A stretch of DNA of 64,000 nucleotides from a virus. How positions within the stretch are numbered: the first letter of the stretch is position 1; every line of letters starts with the position of its first letter. Below, piece after piece: positions 1-7,568 of this stretch. The notes below the pieces were generated by a model. It made no database searches, was not told where the DNA came from, and saw only the letters and a program-made list of their open reading frames with translations. The stretch covers positions 1 to 64,000 of IMG/VR virus record IMGVR_UViG_3300045988_180769; one strand, written 5' to 3'. Both the position numbers and the translations under genes were made by a program.

Positions 1-288
1 TAGTGTTGATCATCAATCTTTTATGAAAACCACTAAATGTCTCAGTGAGCTCACTATTTACTTCAATGGAATAACTTAAATAGTCTTCTAAAAATTCTTT
101 GTCACCTATAGCTCTCTCACTACAATTTCTTTCAAAATTCGCTCGTAGATCTACTTTATATGTGTATTCACTCTTTTTTAGGAATTGAAAATTGTTTGTC
201 TCTTCCATTGTTCTCAATAGGAATTCGTACTCGAATGGTATGATTACTACTCGATCATGATACTTGTTGATAAATTGTTCTTTGGTCA
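1..288 (-). CDS. hypothetical protein (first 96 codons; 3' end runs off the window)
   Basis: ATG at 288-286, and the frame stays open to base 1 (MTKEQFINKYHDRVVIIPFEYEF...). It is absent from the track because no stop lies inside the window. Confidence 0.45.
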
Positions 289-320
289 TAACTTTACTGG
301 GTTTTATAGATGTAACAATA

Positions 321-360
321 GCCTTGGAGACATTTCGCTCCAAGGCCTTTTATTTATTCT
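321..360. terminator. GC-rich hairpin, terminator-like, with its T-run on the plus-strand side
   Basis: GCCTTGGAG (321-329) pairs with CTCCAAGGC (338-346) across an 8-nt loop, then CTTTTATTTATTCTTTT follows on the plus strand. On the coding (minus) strand the trailing sequence is only weakly T-rich. Confidence 0.4.
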
Positions 361-370
361 TTTCAATACT

Positions 371-685
371 TTATTGTGCTTCGATAAACTCGACCATCTT
401 ATCCATTGGAATGTATTTATTGTCATAGAACAATAACTTTGTGATCGAAGACCATTTTAATCCTTCTTGTTCTATCTCGAAACAATCTGGAATGATCCAT
501 TCGTCAGTTGCTTTAATCAATGTTGTACATGTTTTAAACTCGTTATCACTTCTACAAGACAATACTTGTCCATTCTTGTTGAATGAGAAGTAATATGCAT
601 TGTCATCACCTTGGGTATAGTGTTCATAACCAAACTTCATGCCTTTTTCTTTTGCTAACTTTCTTAATTGATCGATTGTTGTCAT
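371..685 (-). CDS. hypothetical protein
   Basis: 104-aa ORF with a promoter-like motif 30 nt upstream and a hairpin downstream. No recognisable motif. Confidence 0.65.
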   Translation of the reverse strand: MTTIDQLRKLAKEKGMKFGYEHYTQGDDNAYYFSFNKNGQVLSCRSDNEFKTCTTLIKATDEWIIPDCFEIEQEGLKWSSITKLLFYDNKYIPMDKMVEFIEAQ

Positions 686-713
686 AATTATTCTTGTTTT
701 ATTGTTTTCAATA

Positions 714-726
714 CCTAAAGATACAC
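714..726 (-). promoter_or_regulatory. promoter-like motif (coding strand GTGTATCTTTAGG)
   Basis: Member of the recurring TAAAGATAC (plus strand) family, 30 nt upstream of the ATG at 685. It shares the extended flank TTTTCAATACCTAAAGATAC with the site at 6260. Confidence 0.5.
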
Positions 727-758
727 TAAAAAGACCATATATGCTACTATATGGTCTT
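727..758 (-). terminator. intrinsic terminator-like hairpin after ORF 770..1069
   Basis: AAGACCATATA (731-741) pairs with TATATGGTCTT (748-758) across a 6-nt loop, followed on the minus strand by TTTT. Confidence 0.6.
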
Positions 759-769
759 AATATTTTGAT

Positions 770-1069
770 TTATTTCTTCATCTTTTCGATCGTATCTCTT
801 AATGTCTTTAGATCTTCATAGGTCATCTTATTAATGTCGATTGCATCAATGATCATCTCGTACATTCTTTCTTTCTCGTCTACTTCATTGAACAACTCGC
901 CCACTTCATCTTCTCCTTTGTACACTATTCCATCGCTATAGAAGTATGTTATTCCAGTGGTCTCGTCTATTAAGAATGCTTCGTCATTGTTGATCATATC
1001 ATCTACTCTTAATGTCCACTTTTCGTCTCTCTCGTAGTTTAAAAATGTTACTAATTCATTTGTCTTCAT
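770..1069 (-). CDS. hypothetical protein
   Basis: 99-aa ORF bracketed by a promoter-like motif (1110-1142) and a terminator hairpin (727-758). Confidence 0.65.
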   Translation of the reverse strand: MKTNELVTFLNYERDEKWTLRVDDMINNDEAFLIDETTGITYFYSDGIVYKGEDEVGELFNEVDEKERMYEMIIDAIDINKMTYEDLKTLRDTIEKMKK

Positions 1070-1109
1070 AATCGTTTTTGTTTTAATTGTTACTATTTTC
1101 TTTTCTTTG

Positions 1110-1142
1110 TCTAAAGATACACTTTATTTGAACACGCGACAA
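1110..1142 (-). promoter_or_regulatory. Bacteroidota-type promoter candidate (TTG-N20-TATCTTTAG)
   Basis: On the minus strand, TTG at 1142-1140 and TATCTTTA at 1119-1112, 42 nt upstream of the ATG at 1069. Confidence 0.55.
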
Positions 1143-1300
1143 CAATCTCGACCATAAATTTTGTCACAATTTTCATATTAATTTTTCCATTCTTATTTAC
1201 TTTTCTTATTAAATCATTAATTGTCAACACACTTGTTAGAATAGAATCTCGCTGCACAAAACACCAATTTTCATTCACTTTTTCATTCTTCCATCTTTAT

Positions 1301-1346
1301 GAACAAAAAGAAAGGGATTTACGTAGTTTCACAACTAATAAATCCC
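1301..1346 (-). terminator. intrinsic terminator after ORF 1368..1553
   Basis: GGGATTTA (1314-1321) pairs with TAAATCCC (1339-1346), with inner TAGTT/AACTA pairing, followed on the minus strand by TTTCTTTTTGTTC. The flank ATGAACAAAAAGAAAGGG recurs at 36886-36905. Confidence 0.65.
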
Positions 1347-1367
1347 ATGACTAACGTATAAAAACAG

Positions 1368-1553
1368 TTATTCACTCCATGTTATAGAGTCTATTGACAA
1401 CACTTTGCCTTGTTCTTTCTCTTCGATTGCTTTGGTGATTGCTTCTTTTTCTTTCTTTGTAGGTGGAAGTTTTGTTATATTCATTTCTATTGGTACATGA
1501 ACTTGTTTTGTTACTTCCTCATCTACTTCTAATGTTGCTATTACTACTATCAT
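1368..1553 (-). CDS. hypothetical small protein
   Basis: 61-aa ORF followed by a terminator. No motif. Confidence 0.5.
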   Translation of the reverse strand: MIVVIATLEVDEEVTKQVHVPIEMNITKLPPTKKEKEAITKAIEEKEQGKVLSIDSITWSE

Positions 1554-1662
1554 AATCTTTATATATTATTTGGTTGTTAATTCTTGTTTCTTTTGAGTCA
1601 TGAGTACTTTAATGTGCAATTTATCGTTCTTATATTGTTTTCTTAAATTAAACCTTGTTTTA

Positions 1663-1703
1663 CTAAAAAGTAAGAAGATCTATTTTCACAAACCAATCTT
1701 CTT
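1663..1703 (-). terminator. terminator-like hairpin after ORF 1747..2859
   Basis: AAGAAGAT (1672-1679) pairs with ATCTTCTT (1696-1703) across a 16-nt loop, followed on the minus strand by ACTTTTTAG. Confidence 0.4.
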
Positions 1704-1746
1704 GTGTAATCAATTAATAAACTAAAAACGATACAACATTTATTAT

Positions 1747-2859
1747 TTAACCCTTTCTCATTACTTTTATTTTCTTTTTGAGTTTTTCTCTTATATCTTC
1801 TCCTTTTTCTTCTTGAATCACCTCTATATCAGTGATTTGAGGTGGTTTCATTTCATTTAGGAACTTTGTACTTTGCTCTTGTAATTCACCCCAATCGTAT
1901 TGTTTTATTAAGTCGCCAGGGAGCATTATTTGATCTTGTCCAAGGATGTTTCTATTAAATCCATTGAAGTCCTTATACCATGAGGTCGCTAATTGGTAGA
2001 TTAATGTCTCAGGTTTAAGTTGAGATTTTGCTGCTACAAGACCTATAATTATGCTATTTATAGGTATGTCTCTCATAATTCTACTTATATTCTCTCCTCC
2101 ATGAATTGTTGCGCTAATATCGATTTTACCATCGACTGTAAGTTTCAATTCATTACCTTTTACTTCTTTTCTCGCTTGTTCGAGGAGGTTTCTTATTTCT
2201 CGAGACATATTCACTGCTTTAGTCTCTTGTCCTTTTTCAATGTATTCCTCGTATTTTAATAGTAAATCTGTGAGTATATCGTTGATTATCTCTAATCGAC
2301 CTGCCTCAGTGGCCACCCTGTATTTATCGCTTTTTAACACGAATTTCGATTGTCTCGATTCAATTACAGTTTTATTCTCATTATAGAACTTTTGTAATTC
2401 TCCTTCTTCGAGATCGTAACCTTCTTTTTGCTTAATAATCTTTCGAACATCTCTTATTGAACACAATGATCCAAAAAGGTCAAGTAGTGTAGGTGTCAAT
2501 TTAGCGAGTGCTTTCGATCTATCATTATAGAGATCAAATGTATGGAAATACTTGGTTTTCGCACGATTATACTCTCCAAGTAGAGGCATTAAAACTTTTG
2601 CTCTAATTTCTTGGGCATCTTGAATTGCTTCTTCACTCGCACCTCTATTCTTCATAATACCCTTTACATTCACATACTTTAAGTCTATAGAATGCATCAC
2701 ATTATTATGACCAATATATGTGAGAAAACGATCTGGACATTGGTCCAATTTCAATCGTGCCCTCTCATATTCAACATACGCATCCTGCATGTATTTAGAT
2801 GCGATTTGAACGAAGTCTGGAGCTTCTTTAATTATATCTTCTCTACTTACCTTATCCAT
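1747..2859 (-). CDS. hypothetical protein
   Basis: 370-aa ORF, helix-rich and charged. No recognisable catalytic motif. Confidence 0.75.
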   Translation of the reverse strand: MDKVSREDIIKEAPDFVQIASKYMQDAYVEYERARLKLDQCPDRFLTYIGHNNVMHSIDLKYVNVKGIMKNRGASEEAIQDAQEIRAKVLMPLLGEYNRAKTKYFHTFDLYNDRSKALAKLTPTLLDLFGSLCSIRDVRKIIKQKEGYDLEEGELQKFYNENKTVIESRQSKFVLKSDKYRVATEAGRLEIINDILTDLLLKYEEYIEKGQETKAVNMSREIRNLLEQARKEVKGNELKLTVDGKIDISATIHGGENISRIMRDIPINSIIIGLVAAKSQLKPETLIYQLATSWYKDFNGFNRNILGQDQIMLPGDLIKQYDWGELQEQSTKFLNEMKPPQITDIEVIQEEKGEDIREKLKKKIKVMRKG

Positions 2860-2884
2860 TTGATTGCTTTTTGTCTAAATTATT

Positions 2885-2917
2885 CGTAAAGATATGCTAA
2901 AAAACAATTCAATGCAA
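2885..2917 (-). promoter_or_regulatory. promoter candidate, variant box (TTG-N20-TATCTTTAC)
   Basis: On the minus strand, TTG at 2917-2915 and TATCTTTA at 2894-2887, 27 nt upstream of the ATG at 2859. Confidence 0.45.
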
Positions 2918-3301
2918 TGGGGATGGATCTTTTTGTGCCTCTCGCTTATAATGTTGTCGAATTTCTTCTTTTGCTCCAATTTCTTCCAAAGGATTCATTA
3001 GTGGCTCCATTTTGTTCACTTTTACAAGATTCAAATAAAGACGATCGTTATTGAATTGAACATTTTGCTTTGCATATACTTCTACTTCTAATAAGTAACA
3101 ATTTTGATTTGGCACTACTTTTGGTTCAAAGTTATATGCAAAGACACTCATTAGATGAGAGTTGTCCATTTCATCTCGATATTGAACAACAAATGTTGTC
3201 AAAAACGATCCATCTTCATTGAATTGTTTAGTATACTTCTTTTGATAAAGAGTCACTATCACTTTTTGTGTCATAATCTTTCTCATTGAATTGTTGAGCA
3301 C
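2909..3301 (-). CDS. hypothetical protein (start uncertain)
   Basis: The track start at 3301 is GTG. In-frame ATGs at 3286 and 3274 (MRKIMTQKV...) are likelier. Confidence 0.55.
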   Translation of the reverse strand: MLNNSMRKIMTQKVIVTLYQKKYTKQFNEDGSFLTTFVVQYRDEMDNSHLMSVFAYNFEPKVVPNQNCYLLEVEVYAKQNVQFNNDRLYLNLVKVNKMEPLMNPLEEIGAKEEIRQHYKREAQKDPSPLH

Positions 3302-3413
3302 TTCTCACTTCCATACATGAATTCTTATCCTCATATGGACAATTCGATTGAAAGTTACACGATTTACATACTTCACCAAAACTCTTGTTGATGTCTTTAA
3401 TTTCTTTTGCCAT
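3228..3413 (-). CDS. small Cys-rich hypothetical protein
   Basis: 61-aa ORF with CKSCNFQSNCPYEDKNSC. It overlaps the next ORF by roughly 50-70 nt. Confidence 0.35.
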   Translation of the reverse strand: MAKEIKDINKSFGEVCKSCNFQSNCPYEDKNSCMEVRSAQQFNEKDYDTKSDSDSLSKEVY

Positions 3414-3762
3414 ATTCTTCTATTCCTTCTTTAAGTTCACAAACTGCAATATATACGAAAGATTGATTAAGAGGTGAATGAACTAAAACTTCATCTCTCC
3501 AATCTAATACACTTTCACTCCACCCTGCCCATTCATCTGTAGATGATGCTAAAACAAAAACCCTTTCGAATTCATCTATACAAAATCCTACTACCATCCA
3601 TTCATCGTCATCATAGATAAAATTCTTTCCAAGATTGGCTTTGATGAATTCTAATTTTTCTAATTCTTGTGCTATTAACATATTATTTCTTTTTAGGTTG
3701 TTCAACATTTGCTTTTTCGATAAGTGCGAGGTTTTTAGAAATAAAGATTTCTTTTTCACCAT
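3397..3762 (-). CDS. hypothetical protein
   Basis: 121-aa ORF. Confidence 0.55.
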   Translation of the reverse strand: MVKKKSLFLKTSHLSKKQMLNNLKRNNMLIAQELEKLEFIKANLGKNFIYDDDEWMVVGFCIDEFERVFVLASSTDEWAGWSESVLDWRDEVLVHSPLNQSFVYIAVCELKEGIEEYGKRN

Positions 3763-3961
3763 CTATTTCAAGATGATATTGTTTGCCACCTCCCTTTCCA
3801 CATATACTCGCTATCTTACTTATTCTTCCAATAAGCATCATATTCTTTGCTTTTAGAATCTTTACTCTATCTCCTATTCCAAGTGCCATTTTTATAAAAT
3901 ATTTTTCAAAAAGGAGAGACTCGAAACCTCCCAATATCAAACAAATAAGCATATTAAACAT
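3683..3961 (-). CDS. hypothetical protein (possibly starting at the internal ATG at 3889, MALGIGDRVKI...)
   Basis: 92-aa ORF with a promoter-like motif 38 nt upstream of 3961. Its 3' end overlaps ORF 3397..3762 by 80 nt. Confidence 0.45.
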   Translation of the reverse strand: MFNMLICLILGGFESLLFEKYFIKMALGIGDRVKILKAKNMMLIGRISKIASICGKGGGKQYHLEIDGEKEIFISKNLALIEKANVEQPKKK

Positions 3962-3997
3962 TATTAATTTTGTCTCGAGTCTTTCTCCTTTTCTTTG

Positions 3998-4010
3998 TCT
4001 AAAGATACAA
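3998..4010 (-). promoter_or_regulatory. promoter-like motif (coding strand TTGTATCTTTAGAC)
   Basis: TAAAGATAC at 4000-4008. The extended flank TTTTCTTTGTCTAAAGATACA is identical to the site at 1110. No TTG at the usual -33 spacing. Confidence 0.45.
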
Positions 4011-4019
4011 TTTTCTTGT

Positions 4020-4259
4020 CTATTTATTCTTTTTAAGGTCTATATTCTTTTCAACTTTATATCCCATCCTATTAAAGAATGTTTGTACAACCATCCTATT
4101 CAATATCCTTTTCCCTCCATGAGTGTACGATCCTGGAAGATTATTTTCTATTGACCATTGAATGAATGGTTTTGATTCAATAAACTCCCATAGGAGATGA
4201 GTATATTCTTCATCACTCATCTCCTTTACTTGTCCTTTTGGGTTTGTCAATCTTACCAT
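4020..4259 (-). CDS. hypothetical protein
   Basis: 79-aa ORF. Its start shares one nt with the stop of the upstream ORF. Confidence 0.55.
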   Translation of the reverse strand: MVRLTNPKGQVKEMSDEEYTHLLWEFIESKPFIQWSIENNLPGSYTHGGKRILNRMVVQTFFNRMGYKVEKNIDLKKNK

Positions 4260-4801
4260 TACTCAATTCGTTTTTGATATGACACATCTTCAAGATTATC
4301 CATCAAAGCACTTATTTCCATAATCTTCTTCCATCTTTCAGGTGTCATTGGCTTTTCTTCTTTTGGTTCATCATCTTCGACATTAGAGAAGATATTATGT
4401 TTATTAATAAATGCATTAATGAGCGTTTCGAGTAAATGTTTCTTTTCTTTCTTCCATTGAGTAAAAAAGAATTCGTACATGCTTTGAATTTCGAGATATT
4501 GAGAATTAGTCAAGTTGAAATAGATCTCGTTCTTATATTGTCCTGTATGATATGAAATCGTTTTTTGTCCAGTCACATTTGCATATACTTGAAAAAGTAT
4601 TGTTCGAGCAAATTGATCATAGAAGGGTAATTTGAAATATCGACTTTCCTTCTTTTCACTAAAAAGATCATCAATATCGATATTATGTTCTAAACATAAT
4701 TTCTCCAATGCTCTTTTTGCTGCCAAAGCTTCACCATCAACACCTCTTTCTACAAGTGCCTGTAATTTCTTGACCTTATCTATTACTTTTTCGTATTCCA
4801 T
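4259..4801 (-). CDS. hypothetical protein, DUF2786-like N-terminus
   Basis: The N-terminal helix pair KVKKLQALVERGVDGEALAAKRALEKL resembles the DUF2786 pattern. Judged by eye only. Confidence 0.5.
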   Translation of the reverse strand: MEYEKVIDKVKKLQALVERGVDGEALAAKRALEKLCLEHNIDIDDLFSEKKESRYFKLPFYDQFARTILFQVYANVTGQKTISYHTGQYKNEIYFNLTNSQYLEIQSMYEFFFTQWKKEKKHLLETLINAFINKHNIFSNVEDDEPKEEKPMTPERWKKIMEISALMDNLEDVSYQKRIE

Positions 4802-4807
4802 TGTCGA

Positions 4808-5101
4808 CTAAATTTTAATCGTTTGCACATATTTTAATTCACCACTATAACCTCTCGATCTTAATTCATCCATAAGTTGCTTTGGAGTAAATTTAGCGAG
4901 TTCGACATTATTGTAGACTTTTTTCATATGGGGGGGGGTAGAAGATCGTTCACTTTTGAGTCGATCGTGATATTGTCTATTAATTTCTCTTGTACAATCT
5001 TTGCAATAAGATTGTAACCCATCCTTTGAACTTGCATTTTTAGCAAAACAAGACACATCTTTTGTCTCTTGACATCTTTTACATTCCTTCGTTGTACTCA
5101 T
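4808..5101 (-). CDS. zinc-finger protein (CxxC...CxxC) with a small C-terminal helical domain
   Basis: CKRCQETKDVSCFAKNASSKDGLQSYCKDC resembles the N-terminal module of the two HNH proteins at 7565 and 26371. Contains a C9 homopolymer on the coding strand (4930-4938). Confidence 0.6.
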   Translation of the reverse strand: MSTTKECKRCQETKDVSCFAKNASSKDGLQSYCKDCTREINRQYHDRLKSERSSTPPHMKKVYNNVELAKFTPKQLMDELRSRGYSGELKYVQTIKI

Positions 5102-5121
5102 AGTTTTTATTTATTAAAAAG

Positions 5122-5592
5122 TTATACTCCAAAGCAACTTATCATTGCTTCTGTTCCATATCTCAATTTACCTTCTTCACAATAATCTCTTTCTTGATAT
5201 AAAGCATCATTATCTTCTTTTGAAGAAAACCAATAAAGATGGTTTAGTGAATAATATGGTGGAATAAATTGATCTTTATATCTACTATCTTTATCTATTC
5301 GATAAAACTCAAAAAGAGTATTATAAATGACAAATTGATATGATGAATTTTTAGCAAAGTCTATTGCATTTTCACGACAAATATTACCTATCATCTTAAA
5401 TATTTCAATCACATTGCATATTGGTTTATTGAATGGTATCCACACTGGTTGGTGAATTTTATTCCAACTGTAACAATTTAATTCTGCGAGTCCAATTAAT
5501 TGCCATACGAACAAAGTTGTATGACCTTCACGTCTTCCTACGAGCTCATCTTCGTTTAGGAAGAGATTGTGTAGTCTATCTATATCTACCAT
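5122..5592 (-). CDS. hypothetical protein
   Basis: 156-aa ORF. Confidence 0.65.
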   Translation of the reverse strand: MVDIDRLHNLFLNEDELVGRREGHTTLFVWQLIGLAELNCYSWNKIHQPVWIPFNKPICNVIEIFKMIGNICRENAIDFAKNSSYQFVIYNTLFEFYRIDKDSRYKDQFIPPYYSLNHLYWFSSKEDNDALYQERDYCEEGKLRYGTEAMISCFGV

Positions 5593-5594
5593 AT

Positions 5595-5825
5595 TTATAC
5601 TTCCATTACTATTTCTACTTTCGCTAATTCAAAAAATACATTTTTTAATTGATCTAAATTCAATTCATCTGAGAGTACCATAATAGTTGAATTATCACTT
5701 TGATAATAGCTCAACTTTATAGGTTTGATATCAATCACCTTTTCATGAAAAGTTTTGATAACATGTTCGAGATCAATTCCTTTTAAGACCTTGATCTCGT
5801 AAACGCGTAATTTATTTTTAGACAT
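5595..5825 (-). CDS. hypothetical protein
   Basis: 76-aa ORF, abutting its neighbours. Confidence 0.55.
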   Translation of the reverse strand: MSKNKLRVYEIKVLKGIDLEHVIKTFHEKVIDIKPIKLSYYQSDNSTIMVLSDELNLDQLKNVFFELAKVEIVMEV

Positions 5826-6214
5826 TATCTTTCAACGATTTCGTAAGACTCTATTTCATATTCAACCCAATCCCATCTTTCTTCTGGATCGTCTTCTACT
5901 ACGCTTTGGATTTCTTCTTCTTCAATAGAAAAACGTTCTTCACTATCTTTAAAGTATAAGTAATCTTTATCACTCAACTTTTCATCAATAGTTCTTTCAA
6001 TAGTTTCTTCGCTGTCTAAGATCTTTCCAATGAAAATTTTCGTTTTCTCTTTATCATCTGATAAAATGTATTCACATTTTAAAGAATCAAAAATTAGCAA
6101 TATATCATCCTCTTTACTATTTCTTATTGCAGTTTGATATGCTTTCAATATAGTTTTGTAATAATTAGAGTCTTTTACAAATGCTCCATTAAGTTCTAAA
6201 TAAAATCGTTTCAT
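5825..6214 (-). CDS. hypothetical, strongly acidic protein
   Basis: 129-aa ORF, very D/E-rich toward the C-terminus (SIEEEEIQSVVEDDPEERWDWVEYEIESYEIVER). Promoter-like motif 47 nt upstream. Confidence 0.65.
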   Translation of the reverse strand: MKRFYLELNGAFVKDSNYYKTILKAYQTAIRNSKEDDILLIFDSLKCEYILSDDKEKTKIFIGKILDSEETIERTIDEKLSDKDYLYFKDSEERFSIEEEEIQSVVEDDPEERWDWVEYEIESYEIVER

Positions 6215-6259
6215 AATTGTATTGGTTTTTAGTTTGTTATTAATTGTCCTTTTTCAATA

Positions 6260-6291
6260 CCTAAAGATACGACTTTTTATTGACATAACAA
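6260..6291 (-). promoter_or_regulatory. Bacteroidota-type promoter candidate (TTG-N19-TATCTTTAG)
   Basis: On the minus strand, TTG at 6291-6289 and TATCTTTA at 6269-6262. Confidence 0.55.
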
Positions 6292-6302
6292 CCTTTTATG
6301 TC

Positions 6303-6351
6303 CAAAAAAAAATTAAAAAGTTGGCACCTTATTTCACAACAAAATGCCAAC
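6303..6351 (-). terminator. intrinsic terminator after ORF 6367..6798
   Basis: GTTGGCA (6320-6326) pairs with TGCCAAC (6345-6351), followed on the minus strand by TTTTTAATTTTTTTTTGG. Confidence 0.7.
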
Positions 6352-6366
6352 TATCGACTAAACTGA

Positions 6367-6798
6367 TTAGGGAATGTAATGTTCTATTTTAGTTTCTTTA
6401 ACATTAACGATCCTTGAATCATAATGTATATCGTTCATTTCTTTAAACGCGATTTTACTTGCTTCTGTAGAGTTCTTTGCTCTTACAAGAAAGTTCATTT
6501 TATAATTTTTCACTTTTCCTGTATGATCATTAATTTCGCTCCATTCTCCTTGACAAATGAACCATGGTCCTAAATCTTCTTCGTATACTCCTGAAATATC
6601 AATCTCTTTAATTGGTCTAATGGAATAATCTACATCAATATTCACATTGGCCCACTTTGTTGCAATTGATTCTGCGTGAGTATAATTTTCACCATAACAT
6701 GCAATTACATGAGTAAACTTCTTTATTCTTCCATTAAATGAGTCTGGATCAATATCATAATAGCTTATAGTAATTTCGAAATTCATCTTTGACAACAA
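6367..6798 (-). CDS. hypothetical protein, translationally coupled to the dpdA-like gene
   Basis: 143-aa ORF overlapping the upstream gene by 16 nt. The two halves look internally similar (YGENYTHAESIATKW versus AKNSTEASKIAFKEM). Confidence 0.65.
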   Translation of the reverse strand: MLSKMNFEITISYYDIDPDSFNGRIKKFTHVIACYGENYTHAESIATKWANVNIDVDYSIRPIKEIDISGVYEEDLGPWFICQGEWSEINDHTGKVKNYKMNFLVRAKNSTEASKIAFKEMNDIHYDSRIVNVKETKIEHYIP

Positions 6799-7568
6799 AA
6801 TTTTAAAAAATCGACATTATGTTCGATCAAAGGAATTTGTTCCTTTGTGATCGTTTTTTCAAAATAATCATGAGGAGTTGGTATTCTTTCAAACGATTGT
6901 TGACGAACTAAATCGATATTGTGAAGTGAAGAAAGAATAGGATAACAACTATCTGTGGATCGTACTATTTCTTCAGTGTAAGGATATGATAAAAACTCTC
7001 TTGGATCGCCTTGTCCTAAAAAATGCAATGGTTTCTTTAGAAGGTTTGATTTATCAAGTATCTCCACAAGATGAATTCTTGATGATGCAATCTCGTTGTC
7101 TCTCATAATATGAGGAATTGCTTTCTTACTCATTCCTATCGTAGCAACATGTTTGCTATACAAAAAGAACTTATAACATTCCATCCAATCTTTAAAAGTC
7201 TCTCCTTGTGGACACGCGAGAATGTTTGTATCATCCAACTCTCCTTTGATTTTTGCTTCTTTCATCCATTCAAGAAATTGATTGAAATTGATCAATGTTT
7301 GATCTTTATCATAAAGCACATCAAGTGGAATAACTTCATTTGGTTTTATTTCAAGTGTCAACTTGAATAATTCTTCATTAGTTAAAACTTCTCCTTCTTC
7401 TCCAGTACCATTGTCAAGTATAGTAAAACGACCATTTTGAATAGCTTCATGAACATACTTTCGATATGTTTCGTTTTTCTTATAATATTGACCTATAATA
7501 TAAAGATTATTATCTCCCAATTCACTTAATTCTAAATGATTCATAGGAGGAGTTAAAAATATTTTCAT
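6783..7568 (-). CDS. dpdA: DpdA-like (TGT-fold) DNA 7-deazaguanine transglycosylase, putative
   Basis: The ordered motifs ILDNGTGE, IPLDVLYD, ACPQG, IGMSK, LHFLGQG and RSTDSCYP match my recollection of the TIM-barrel TGT/DpdA pattern (DSG, QG, LHxxG, FDS). folE, queE and queD are also in the window. Confidence 0.6.
   Translation of the reverse strand: MKIFLTPPMNHLELSELGDNNLYIIGQYYKKNETYRKYVHEAIQNGRFTILDNGTGEEGEVLTNEELFKLTLEIKPNEVIPLDVLYDKDQTLINFNQFLEWMKEAKIKGELDDTNILACPQGETFKDWMECYKFFLYSKHVATIGMSKKAIPHIMRDNEIASSRIHLVEILDKSNLLKKPLHFLGQGDPREFLSYPYTEEIVRSTDSCYPILSSLHNIDLVRQQSFERIPTPHDYFEKTITKEQIPLIEHNVDFLKFCCQR

Noticed and set aside
3228-3301. Programmed frameshift joining ORF 3228..3413 to ORF 2909..3301
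   Set aside because: There is no slippery heptamer or downstream structure in the overlap. The downstream ORF has its own in-frame ATGs (3286, 3274). An ordinary overlap of two small genes is the simpler reading.
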